The translations under genes and the position numbers were made by a program. Under the pieces are notes generated by a model that made no database searches, was not told the DNA's origin, and saw only the letters and a program-made list of their open reading frames with translations. From the human T2T-CHM13v2.0 reference genome, Homo sapiens, in the NCBI RefSeq assembly GCF_009914755.1, contig NC_060935.1: DNA of 64,000 bases; one strand, written 5' to 3'. Shown here in pieces: positions 42,893-55,959 of the stretch (the first letter of the stretch is position 1; each line of letters begins with the position of its first letter).

Positions 42893-45799
42893 CCTTCAAA
42901 AAAAAAAAAAAAAATCAATGAATCCAGAAGCTGTTTTTTTTAAATTAACAAATATACCCCCTAGCTAGACTGATAAAAGAGAGAAGGATCAAATAGACAA
43001 TAAAAAATGATAAAGGAGATATCAACACTGATCCTACAGAAATACAAACTACCATCAGAAAATAATATAAACACCTCTATACAAATAAACTAGAAAATCT
43101 AGAAGAAATGGATAAACTCCTGGACACATACACCCTCCCAAGACTAAACCAGGAAGAAGTCGAATCCCTGAATAGACCAATAGCAAGTTCTGAAATTGAG
43201 GCACTAATAGCCTACCAACCAAAAAAATGCCCAGGAACAGATGGATTCACAGCTGAACTCTACCAGAGGTACAAAGAGGAGCTGATACGATACCTTCTGA
43301 AACTATTCCAAACAATAGAAAAAGAAGGCCTCCTCCTTAACTCATTTTGAGGCCAGCATCATCCTGATACCAAAACCTGGCAGAGATCTAACAAAAAACA
43401 AAGAAAATTTCGGGCCAATATCCCTGATGAATATCAGTGCAAAAATGTTCAATAAAATACTGACAAACCGAATCCAGCAGCACATTAAAAAGCCTGTCCA
43501 CCACAATCAAGTCAGCTTCATGCCTGGGATGGAGGGCTGGTTCAACACACACAAATCAATAAACATAATCCACCACATAAACAAAACCAATAACAAAAAC
43601 CACATGATTATCTCATTAGATGCAGAAAAGGCCTTTGATAAAATTCAACATCCCTTCTTGCTAAAAACTCTCAATAAACAAGGTATTCATGGAACACATC
43701 TCAAAATAATAACAGCTATATATGACAAACCCATAGCCAATATCATACTGAATGGGCAAAAACTGGAAGCATTTCCTTTGAAAACCGGCACAAGACAAGG
43801 ATGCCCTCTCTCACCACTCCTATTAACATAGTACTGGAAGTTCTGGCCAAGGCAATCAGGAAACAGAAAGAAATAAAGCATATTCAAATAGGAAGAGAGG
43901 AAGTCATATTATCTCTGTTTGCAGATAACATGATTGTATATTTAGAAAAACCCATCGTCTCAGCCCAAAAACTCCTTAAGCTGATAAGCAACTTGAGCAA
44001 AGTCTCAGGATACAAAATCAGTGTGCAAAAATCACAAGATTCCTATACACCAACAATAGACAAGCAGAGAACCAAATCATGAGTGAACTCACATTCACAA
44101 TTGCAACAAAAAGAATAAAATACCTAGGAATACAACTTACAAGAGATGCGAAGTGCCTTTTTAAGAAGAACTACAAACAACTACTCAAGGAAATAAGAGA
44201 GGACATAAACAAATGGAAAAACATTCCATGTTCATGGATAAGAAGAATCAGGATCATGAAAATGGCCATATAGCCCAAAGAAATTTATAGATTTAATGCT
44301 ATTCCCATCAAGCTACCATTGACTTTATTTGCAGAATTGGAAAAAACTACTTTAAATTTCATATGGAGCCAAAAAAGAGCCTGTATAGCCAAGATAATCC
44401 TAAGCAAAAAAGAACAATGCTGGAGGCATCATGCTACCTGATTTCAAACTATACTACAAGGCTACAGTAACCAAAACAGCATGGTACTGGTACCAAAACA
44501 GATATATAGACCAATGGAACAGAACAGAGACCTCAGAAATAACACCACACATCTACAACCATCTGATCTTTGACAGCGCGACAAAAACTAGCAATGGGGA
44601 AAAGATTCCCTATTTAATAAATGGTTCTGGGAAAACTGGCTAGCCACATGAGGAAAACTGAAACTGGACCCCTTCCTTACACTTTATACAAAAATTAACT
44701 CAAGATGGATTAAATACTTAAATGTAAAACCCAAAACCATAAGATTCCTAGAAGAAAACCTAGGCAATACCATTCAGGACATAGGAATGGACAACAGCTT
44801 CATGACTAAAACACCAAAAGCAATGGCAACAAAAGCCAAAGTTGACAAATGGGATCTAATTAAACTAAACAGCTTCTGCACAGCAAAAGAAACTATCATC
44901 AGATTGAATAGGCAACATACAGAATGGGAGAAAATTTTTGCAATCTACCCATCTGAAAAAGGTCTAATATCCAGAACGTACAAAGAACTTAAATAAATTT
45001 ACAAGAAAAAAAAATAAATGACCTCATCAAAAAGTGGGTGAAGGATATGAACAGACACTTCTCCAAAGAAGACATTTATGCAGCCAACGAACATATGAAA
45101 AAAAGCTTATCATTAGTCAGTAGAGAAATGCAATCAAAACCACGAGATACCATCTCATGCCAGTTACAATAGTGACTATTAAAAAGTCAGGAAACAACAG
45201 ATGCTGGTGAGGCTGCAGAGAAATAGGAACACTTTTACGCTGTTGGTGGGAGTGCAAATTAGTTCAGCCATTGTGGAAGACAGTGTGGCGATTCCTCAAG
45301 GATCTAGAACCAGAAATACCATTTGACCCAATAATCCCATTATCCTCTGGGTACCAATGATGGACTAGATAAAGAAAATGAGGCACATATACACCATGGA
45401 ATACTATGCAGCCATAAAAAAGAATGAGTTTATGTCCTTTGCAGAGACATGGATGTAGCCGGAAACCATCATTCTCAGAAAAATAACACAGAACAGAAAA
45501 ACCAAACACCGCATGTTCTCACTCATAAGTAGGAGTTGATGAGGACACATGAACGCAGGTAGGGGTACACCACACACCGGGGCCTGTTGGCAGAGGTCGG
45601 GGGTGGGGTTGGGCAGCAAGAGGAAGGAGAGCATTAGGACAAATATCTAATGCATGCAAGGCTTAAAACCTAGATGACAAGTTGATAGGTACAGCAAACC
45701 ACCATGGCACACGTATACCTGTGGAACAAATTTGCACATTCTGCACATGTATCCCAGAACTTAACGTAAAATAAAAACAAAAAAATAAAAGAAATAAAA
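42893..45799 (+). mobile_element. 5'-truncated L1PA (~2.9 kb, middle-aged); ORF2 reverse-transcriptase pseudogene
   Basis: Frameshifted ORF2 pieces 43108-44996, including RT motifs '[14 protein letters not shown]', '[10 protein letters not shown]' and 'LFADNM' (FADD degenerate). 3' UTR and A-rich tail to ~45799. Confidence 0.97.
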
Positions 45800-47649
45800 G
45801 TCTCCCTGATTTGCTATCAGAGTTCAGTTTTTTAGCTCTTTTGCTACCATTTATTTCTGAATAAAATAAAGTGTAAGAATGATTTAATATTTTTCTGTGC
45901 CCTTACACACACATGCACACATACTTACAAACACATACATATATATGTATATAAATTTTAAGTGGAAAAGTTACATAAGTACAGGATTTTTTTGGTTGTT
46001 ACTTTTCTTTCAACCTGAGTATGACTAATTTTGACTTCCTCCATCTGCTTTAGTTTACCCATGTCAGCAATCCAAGATAGATTATTAAAAATATATATTT
46101 AGCTGTGTCTAAGCTTCTGATTAATATGTATTGAAATTTAGATCTCAATTTATATTTTTGAATGTCTATCTTAGTTCTTTTCAAATCTGCCTGTTAATTT
46201 TTTATAATATCTTATCCTTTAGCCATATGTTTTATTAACTTATTTTACCACTAAACATACTAAAATACATATTTAATAGTCTCTATCAAAGCAAATGCCC
46301 TTAATCAGGTTGTTTTGATAGATTGCTAACTTTAATTTATTTGTGAGACAGAACTATAGAGAATTTCCCTTAATTTATGGTGTAAATAGAGTATATATGA
46401 CCTCTCTATAAGCATGTATATATATAAACATCTCTATAGGTATACACATGTACACACACATATACATATATATAAAATATCATACAGCATTTTCTATACT
46501 TTTTTTGGAGGTTAATTTCAGCATATACATTTGGTAATACTGAGAGAAATGAGAGTCCAAATTTTATTTTTCAACAGTTTCCTCCTCTTCTCCATAATTC
46601 ACCAACTAATGCCATCATACAGAAATTTGTATACTGTTTCATTTATTAATATAAAACAAATAGACAAGCAAATGACCATGGAGTAAGCAACAGGCCCTAT
46701 TGGAGACTGAGTAGACAGAGTCTATTACACAACTTTATGACATGTCAAATACAGGCCCACGTGAGTGGAGTAGGCAGTACCTAATTTCTAAAATCTTAAA
46801 AGACAGGCTACTATTTATGGGACATACAGACACTAACATAATATTTAAAATAAGAAAGATATTTGATTTAATTCAAATGAAACTATTTGTATTCATCCAT
46901 GGCTGACCTGATACTTTTCAGAACAAATAAAGTTATAGTGTCCTTGATATGGTGGATCTTTATAAAATAGTAGTATATAATACAGCACTTGTTTTATGGT
47001 ATTATAATAATTTGGTTAATACTAATTATATGCTCTAAATTTAATCTGCTTAGAATTATATTTCTGAAAATAAGATCTTAAGTTACATTTTCTGCTTTTT
47101 CAAACTTATAGTAGTTTCCTATGTAGTAGGAATCAATGATCATTAAAAAGTTTTATACTAATTATATTATGTGGATTTGATGTGATATCACACATAACAT
47201 GTAGCTAGAACAGATGTCTCTGTAGTACTTTTATATATTCCTTTCAGTTAAATGTAGTCTCAAGCAGAAATAAAAAGTAGAAAATTTAAATAACACTCTT
47301 TGAACAATCCAAAACAACAATAACAATTGTCTCTAATCTTTGGTTTTTCATGACTTGAATGACTTTCAGGCTTACAAATAAGTCAGTCAAGACTTCATTT
47401 CATTTTCTATTCTCGTCAGCTAAGAACTGAAATAATTCTAGTTGTTAAATTATGGAATTTATTTTAAATAATTTTTATTTTCCAATCAAATTTATACAAG
47501 TTTATGCCACCAGTAAATCTTGGTATCCCTAGAAAAGCCTTCATCATCTGAGTAGAAAATATTTTCTTTAATGAGCTTAGTTGAGTACACAGTTCTGCCC
47601 AATTAAAAATTCTTGTAAGTGACTAATTTCTACATAAAATGGGTGTTTA

Positions 47650-47830
47650 TTTTTTTTCCCAGTGCCAAGCACAGTTTGTGGAGGCATAAGACACTCAATG
47701 AATATTTGTTTAATGAAAATATAAAAAGAAACATTCAAACCTTGTCCACTCATACCTTCAAACACTCTTCTTGTAGCTTTCATAATATCATAGGTTTTTT
47801 CCTCTTCCCTCACTGGCTCTTTCAATCCCA
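47650..47830 (+). mobile_element. L2 fragments including a 3' end
   Basis: 'cccagtgccaagcacag...cactcaatgaatatttgtttaatgaa'. Confidence 0.65.
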
Positions 47831-50219
47831 CTTGAAATACTATGCAATTTTAGCTATTCAAGCACACTATATTTATGTACGTTAGCACAATTGAGTCGAT
47901 GATATAAATCAGTATTTTTAAAATTGTATTCTACATAACAGTAAGATTTCTCACAAGTGTGTTTGGGGGTTCCAAGGAACTGAGACAGAAAACTCTGGAC
48001 TCTACAACTCTAATATCTCTTAATTTGGCTTACTTTATTTGTGATTGTGATGTCCTATTTTAGGGTATAATGCATGTATAACTCAAGCCCTCTTTCTAGG
48101 TTTAGAACTCACATATGATGTGTCCAGATCAGCAGAAGGTCCCTCTGTCTCTTGGTTGTATATACTTCCCCAGAACAAAAGCATGCTATCAGAAAGACTG
48201 CTGCTCAGCACACCCCAGTGTCTGCCACTTCACTAGCACAGGTTAGTTAAACTCCGTTCTGAATTCAGTACTTGGCTTTTCTTTCCCTCCTTCTTCGTAT
48301 TGCTAGTATGAGGAATGACGCCTAGGAAAAGGACTTTGTCCTTCCCTATCGTCTCCATTCGCGCTGTGCCAATTCATCCCAATGAGTTCCAAAAACCAGT
48401 TCAGAGAAAAGAACCTTGTAGTCATAATACCTTTACACTCCAGTTAGTTATGCAAATTTGTCTACCCCCTCAGGCACAAATCTCAAGTTTGAAATACCAA
48501 AGTTCCCAAAGAGTGAGGGAAGAAAAGAGAAAGAGTGGGAGAATGGGAAAACATGGAGGAAAGGAGGGATTGCAGGTCCGCAATATTAGATGTTTGTGTG
48601 TTTAGCCATTATGCTACATATTGCTTTATTAGAACAAAGTGTTTTTCACTGAAAACTTTGAAAATGAATACTCCAAATTCACTACCATCAAATCTGGTGA
48701 GTTTATTCTCACATAATAACAATATCCACTTTAGAGTTATGCCTATTTAACTGTACTCAAACTGTTTAATCATTTTTGTATATTCAACTTAAAAAACATA
48801 TATCCTCCCTGTAAAACACGGAAAAATATAGATGCATATATAAAAAGAAAAGAAAAATGTGTGTATACCTACCACCAAAGTAAAGAGTAATTTTATAATA
48901 GATTATTTCACCATAAAATTAGGATGCAACTTTTTCACTTTTTATTTCCCTGTTATAAAAAGATTCTTAAATAAAAGTAAAAAGTTTTGTATTTTATTCC
49001 ATGTGTAACCAGATTTTAGTCTGTCTTTCAAATTTGTGATAGTCATTCATACTCTCAAATATGTTTGTTTATGTGTGATGATTACCTAAAGACTTAACCC
49101 TTGAAGAGGAATTGATAGACAAAATAGTATACCATACATATAATCTAAGGTTCTTGCTACTGTAAGAGAAAAAATTTTCTGAAGCCCTCATAAGAGAGTT
49201 AAATAAACTTTGGATTTAAAGTATCAGTTTTCTTCATAAACACAAGAACACAGAATGTACTTTTTTGGGACTTACATAAAATACCAATTTTCTTAATAAC
49301 TCAAAATTTATAAAAGGTAAACTTTTGAACCTTGCTCACTCATTATTTATCTGTTTGTAAAGACTAAAAACCGAATCTCTGCCTTGTGCATACCACTTTG
49401 GTAAATTTATTTCTAGAATTGCAACTGGTATATAATTTGGGCTAAATTTGCCCAATTTTGCCTTCGTAAAAAATGCATTCTTTCCCTTTAATGATCTGCT
49501 ACAACACTCTTGCTCCCCCAAATACAAAAACAATTTCAGAAAAAAAAACTTTCTGGAGAAAATGCTTAGGACAGAAATTTTATACAATTTTTACTTAGGA
49601 ACCAAAAATATGAGGAATGCAGACTTTCTAACTTATGGCAGAATGGAAAGTTTGGAATTCAGATTACTGTACCTCCTCATTGAATAAGAAAGAGGGACAT
49701 CCATCTTGAGAGCTGTCAGTCTAAGTACTTTCCCAAACATGACATTCACTTTTTTAAATGAACAAAAGTGTTGAAATAGCTCCATCGAGTAATATGCATA
49801 TGAGTTTCTGCATTATAACTCACTGAAATAGAGGTTTTGATTAATTGCTTTCTATGTTAGCAGCTGTCTTTGCTATTAGACACTGTTTGGTTTCCTGAGT
49901 CACAGTGAACAGGTTAAAATAATATCTACCAGACTAAAGATCTAAGTCCCCAAACAAGAATAAACTACATAATAGATGAACAAATCATACAATAACTCAG
50001 GCTGCAAATTCAAGAAGCTCAATTTGGCATACTGGAGTTATGTAGTTTTCATAGTGATTTTCAGCTCAGTTTTAAACTCTCAAGGTGCTCTGAAGGAAAA
50101 CTACTGCAATGCTTGGAATATCTTTAGCTTAGCTTTCTGAATGCAGAACAAAAATTTCCTTTCTGAAAAATTATTTTTATCAGATAGTGAATATGCTGTA
50201 ATTTCCACAGTCTTAACAA

Positions 50220-51420
50220 AAGCCCTCTTCCTCTATACCACTTCCCTCTTCCAATGGCTGTTCATTTTTTTCTGCTCCCCTTCATAACAAAATTCCTTGA
50301 CGTTTCTGTCCCTACAGTTTATCTCTGTGTTCTCTCCACCCAGCCTCTTGAAGCATTACAAAGAGGCTTTCACCCGCATTGCTCTATTGAAACTTATCTT
50401 GCTAAGGTTGCCAAAGGCTTCAACATTACAAAACCCTAGAGTCAACTCTTAATTGTCATCATACCTCTCTGTTGGCAGCATTTAGTTGATCTGCATTCCT
50501 TCTTGGCTTTCCTCAACATCTGAGTTGTCTGCCTATTGAAATCACTCTTTCTCTGTTCCTTTGCTCATTATTCCTTATCATCCAACCTAAAAGTGTTGGA
50601 GGACTCAGGATATACCTTTTGGAACTCCTCTCCCTTAGTGACTTCATTTAGTCTTATGGTCATCTAAATAATTACAACTCCCAAAGATATATACAGTCTG
50701 GAATGTTCCCCTGAACCTCAAATTCATGTAATCAACTGCCTAGTCAACAGCCTCTTATATTAGAGGTCTGCAGACATTCCAAAATTGATATTGCCAAGGA
50801 GAACTTCTAATCTTCCTCACCATTGCCCAAACCTATTCCTCTCCATATTGGAAAATGGCATGTTGTCCCAGTTACTCAGATAAGTATACATAAAAAAAGA
50901 AAAACCCCGAGAAACATACAAAAAATTCCCTAAAACATTCTTAGTACCATCCATTCTTTGATATGCTACATCCCACCCATCAGCAAATGCCAATTGGTCC
51001 AAACAACTATCATCTTTGGTGTGGAGAAACAGCTTCCTACCCAGTCTTTTGCTTTCACTTTTGTCCTCAGAGAATAGCCAAAGTGATCTTTTAAAAAGCT
51101 TGTATAAAAAAAAAAAAAAAACCCGCCAATGTTTCTCATCTCAAAGAAAAAAAAAATCCTAAGTTCAGTACAAATTTCTTCAAGAACTTAGCCTTCCTCT
51201 TTTCTATGTTGGTTCTTTGATTTCACCTCTGCCAGTGGCCTCCTGTCTCACTTCACTGGAACCAAACAGATCTTTTTACTACCTGAAAAAGTTTAGAAAT
51301 GTTTGTCTATTTTTGTTGTTGTTTGCTACCATATGCCTAGCTGTCAGAATAATGAGTGTGATAAAGTTGGTAGCAAATATTTACTGAGTTAAGAATGAAA
51401 AAAAACTGTTTGAATGAACA
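50220..51420 (+). mobile_element. L2 (L2a-like) 3' region
   Basis: 'gctctattgaaacttatcttgctaaggttgccaaaggc', 'tcaactgcctagtcaaca', ending 'gcaaatatttactgag...tgaatgaa'. Confidence 0.8.
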
Positions 51421-51469
51421 GAAAAATAAATCCAATTTCATAATAAATCTCTGCTTTAGTAGTGGCAAG

Positions 51470-51858
51470 TGTCAGGCCTCTGAGCCCATGCTAAGTCATC
51501 ATAACCCCTGTGACCTGCATGTATACATCCAGAGGGCTTGGAGCAACTGAAGAACCACAAAATATGACATTCCACCATTGTGATTTGTTCCTACCCCACC
51601 CCAACTAATCAATCGACCTTGTGACATTCCCCCGCTCCCCACCTTACGCCTTGTGACCCCCACCCCTGCCCACAAGACGTAACCACCTTTAACTGTAATT
51701 TTCCGCTACCTACCCAAATCCTATAAAACTGCCCCACCCCATCTCCCTTTGCTTACTCTCTTTTCAGACTCAGCCCACTTGAACCCAAGTGAAATAAACA
51801 TCCTTGTTGCTCACACAAAGCTTGTTGGTGGACTCTCTTCACACGGACATGCCGGACA
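51470..51858 (+). mobile_element. Solo LTR7-family (HERV-H) LTR, LTR7C-like
   Basis: Starts 'tgtcaggcctctgagccc', has 'ctacccaaatcctataaaa' TATA box and 'aaataaa' poly-A signal, and ends in CA. Perfect 5-bp TSD gcaag (51465-51469 / 51859-51863). Confidence 0.95.
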
Positions 51859-53242
51859 GCAAGTTTTTTTCAGATACAGATAACATAAATTTCCTAAAAA
51901 AAGTTATGTCTTTAAATAGAAGAAAATGCCAACATCATTTACATAACAATTTAAAAGCTAGATTTTATCCTATTAACCTAAATAGCTATGGCTATCTGTA
52001 TAATTCTAAGAAAATGAATGTTTGTTCTAGTTGTCTGTACATTTCAGACAATATGCTGGAAAAAAAGGTAACATATAGACACTTGTTCAAATTACCTGCC
52101 TTGTATGTACAGACTATCAAAGACTATTTTGGCTAAAATATCCTAATTTGCATGTTCTATCAATCCTAGTATAACAGCTAAACTAGGGGAATTGTGCTCC
52201 ATTGGATTTAAGTTGCTTAGATCAAACTCATTGTGGTCCACAAAATGCAATGAGATTTTGAGGCTAATTTGTGCATTACAAAAAGTTAAAATGTATAATT
52301 TCAGTGAACACTTATTACATTTTCTGTTTATTTTCAATTTAAATGGCTTTTGTTTATATCTTCTCACCTTCTGATATATTTCCACTTATTTAAATGAAAC
52401 ATTCAACTATTTATCACACCATTTCTTTCCATTGTCGCAAACAACAAAATTCTCATATCATAGTAGTTTATTCCTTCAGCAGGAAGCCTTGTAGGTAAAC
52501 ACAACTTTCTATGGGAATAAAGGAAAAGCATTCTCATATTTTCTCACATAAACAATAGAATGGTGTGGTAGATAAGAGAAAGTTTGTATTTAGGCTTAAC
52601 CACATTTCTGTGTTGATTATGCTAAGTCAAGTCAAATAGTGAGTGAAGCTAACCCAAGGGTAGTCCAATACTTAGTTTTTTTTTCTGGTAGCCCCAAGAA
52701 GCCAAAGGTGCCTAGATAATATATTCCAGTATAGAGACCTCTTTTAGGTCTACTTTTCCTATCCCAGTGCTTTATGACCTAGAAAATAATGACTGTAATA
52801 TTCCCTAAGGCCCTTTAACAAAGTAAACATTGTTTACCCACGTGGCTCTTAAGATTCTGCCCTCCCTAACTCACCTACCATCTCTGATCACCTTCAGAAG
52901 CTATTTTCAGTTAGCCTTTAACCTGTTTGGCCAGTACCAAAAATTACCATAGACAGTTATGGCTTAGTATCTTTGTTATATGATCAATTATAGAGATAAC
53001 ACATTTCAAAATGAGGCAGAATTGATTGTTGCTGGCAAGTTACATCTGTAAACGTGTGTGTCTATCAATCTCAAGATTTTACTTTTTATATCAAATGAAG
53101 TTTGGTGGTGTATGGTAAACTGATTAACAAGGTTGTAAGTAAAAACACTGAATAATTTATTCAATTATGACCAGGATTATGTTTTTTAACTTTTATTTAT
53201 AAAAAGGCAGTAATAATACCTACTTTATAAGGTTGTTATAAT

Positions 53243-53728
53243 TAAAACCAGCCCAATTGCCTCACAGAACTGATGTTTATGAGTTTGGTTTTTTTTTAAT
53301 AAAAATAGCAGTGGACCCTCCCAATCTTAAAACTTGAGAAAGTTACATTTTGTCTAATCTGAGTTTCTTTCTCAGGAAGTCATCCATTAGGCTTCCCAGA
53401 TAGTACCAAGGAACTGGAACTTACCAGACCATGGCATCTGGACAAAGAGAGGCCAGACTCCTCACCTGTCATGATTGCCCATGCCAGCACCTGCTTCTTG
53501 TTGACCAACTCCTCTTCCTTACTTCTCCCTAATTCCTGTTTTCCCACACAATTACATGTCTTGTTGCTATATAAACCTCTAATTCTAGTCAGTTGAGAAG
53601 ATGGATTTGAAGCTGATCTGCCATCTTTTCAGCTGTAGCACCTGAAAGACCTAAAGTCTTTTTCTCTGGCAATACTCATTGCCTCAATGACTGGCTTTCT
53701 AAATGTTACCCCTGGCATTTTGGTAATA
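53243..53728 (+). mobile_element. ERV1 solo LTR (MER39-like) inserted into a MIR
   Basis: Starts 'aaaaccagcccaattgcctcacagaactgatgtttatg' with TATA 'ctatataaac'. MIR tail sequence runs on both sides (53200-53242, 53729-53790). Confidence 0.8.
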
Positions 53729-55388
53729 TAATGTTCAAAAGGTTATACATATTTACATAGATACACAATACCTGGTACACTGTAGAAACTAAAAAGTCAT
53801 CATATCTTTTAGGTGTAGTAACCACGAGTGAGCAGATCATAATTTCAATTATAAGAGCAGCTATAATTAAAGAACAGTTGTCCACTCACTGCATACCCAA
53901 ATAAACAGGCCCAATATAAACATAATTGGTATCCTTCTACAACACACAAATATACTAAAATAATTGCAGTCAATGTAACTGACTAATTAGGGTAGACTGT
54001 TCATCGTAACTAATGAGTGCCTCGTTTTGTCAACTATGCTAGGTAGTAAATGTTTCCACATATGTTTATCATGGTTTTAGATACTGAGATTTTGCTACAC
54101 AGTATAAAATATTTTAAGTTAAAAGTCTGGTAAGTATGTTATTATTCAGAAGCAAACGATGGCTGATTATGTTCAGGACACTCTCAGGGACATTAACCAT
54201 CAATCAGGGCATAAAGCTAATGCTTGATATTAGAGGGCTGATCTCAACAAATTAGCCGATGATCCAGACTATCTTTAGCAATAATTAATACAGGGTTTAA
54301 TAAGATGTATGACTCAGAAAATAAGCAAATTGGAATGTTAACACCATGGAAACTGCAATCTTATTCGAAACACGTTCATAATGTAAACAAGCAATATATG
54401 TTTCACCCTCATATGGCATATTGCTAGCTTCTGTGTAAGTGTAACTACAATTTATTTCAGACTGAGACATACATTCTCACTTTTCCCTAGCTTTTTGTCC
54501 TTTTCTTCTTCTTTTTTAAGTGTACATATTCCCTCCTCATGTGGCACAAATCAGAACTGACATCATTGATCTCCTGGTAACAGCCTTCTCTGGGCCTGAA
54601 TTATTTCTTCTAACTTTACTTAACAGAAGAAAGGAGAAGAGAATGCCTCACAGTCCCCATTTTTGCTTCGTTGTGGCTAGGCTCACTTTCTGTCTTCTGG
54701 ATTCTGTTCATTTGCATTCTCTCAGCAGTTCCTTGAGATGTCAGGGATTGCTTAAAATGCACAGAACAGAGACTTTGCTTCTGGCCACTCTTTCACATTC
54801 AAAACAAAGTATAAACACTATCCATTCTAAACATAGAAGAAAGAGCTAAGCTTTTCCAACACCTTGGAGTCATAAAGAAAAGAAAATAAGTGTTCTTTCC
54901 TGAGATTCTTACCCTGTTTGTAGATGTCTTACTTGATTTTTAAAGGAGATAAACCTGGATTGAATCAGCAGTAACATTTAGATGTCCTTTAGTTGGTTCA
55001 CCCTTAACCATAAAGGATTGACACACCAGCCTTGGTTAGTGTTTCTTCATCACTGACCATTTTTAGCATATTGTACTAAGTTGTAAAATGTGAAAGTATG
55101 TATCTGGAAAAAAAATGTTTCTGGCACGATTGTTTTCTTAAGAGTTGTAAGCTGTATGTATGGAAATAACATGTAAGGAAAACATTATATTCAATTTAGT
55201 GTTCATGATTAGATATCCATTTTAGCTGAGACCAAATTTTAAAAATGATTAACATTACAAGGACATTCTACTATATTTTATGTTGAATTGAGAACAAAGA
55301 TGCGTTTTGTCTTGACAGATCAGTCTTAGAGATCAAGGAAATAGTTTTAACTTTCCTTTTCATCCCATTCGATTAGTGTCACATGATA

Positions 55389-55708
55389 CAGCAGTCCCTC
55401 CTTATCCACGAGGGATAGATCCCAAGATCCTCAGTGGATGCCTGAAACCTCAGATATTACCAAACCCTATAAATGCTATGTATTTTTCTATATATGTATG
55501 GCAGAATTTAATTTATAAATTAGGCACTGAAAGAGATTAATAACCAATAATAAAACAGAACAATTATAACAATATACAATAAGAAAAATTATGTGAATGT
55601 GCCTCCCTTTCTCAAAATATTTTATTGTACTCATCTATTTTTGGACCATATTTGACAGTAGGTAATTAAAATCAATAAAAGAAAAACTGCAGATAAGGGG
55701 GACTACCA
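55389..55708 (+). mobile_element. MER2 (TcMar-Tigger) DNA transposon
   Basis: TIRs cagcagtccctccttatcc / gataagggggactacca flanked by TA; internal 'cagtggatgcctgaaacc'. Confidence 0.88.
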
Positions 55709-55959
55709 TATAGGATAATGTTCAAAATAAGTTCTTATTGAATGAATTAATGAATATATGAATAGCAAGCAAACCATATCAAATAAGCTATGTCACTTGC
55801 AATTAATAAGTCATTAGCAATAATAGTATTGTTAATTACAAGCATTATGTTACAAGTCATGTTTAATTATTTTGCACTTCACATATGGTACATGTCTGAG
55901 GTGTCATTGTTCCTCAGTAATGAAGAAACATACCGTTAAATAAATTGTCTAGGATAATT

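Noticed and set aside
42898-42914. Poly-A run as a retrocopy tail
   Set aside because: It is an expanded internal A-run of L1 ORF2 ('ccttcaaaaaatcaatgaatcc').
43108-44996. Cluster of + strand ORFs with reverse-transcriptase motifs, read as a novel RT system
   Set aside because: These are frameshifted pieces of ordinary L1 ORF2 with a degenerate catalytic motif (FADN).
48449-48456. Octamer ATGCAAAT (also at 21151)
   Set aside because: An isolated 8-mer is expected by chance in 64 kb of AT-rich DNA.
54520-54849. 109-aa ORF in unique sequence
   Set aside because: Non-ATG start, no recognisable domain, and a length compatible with chance.
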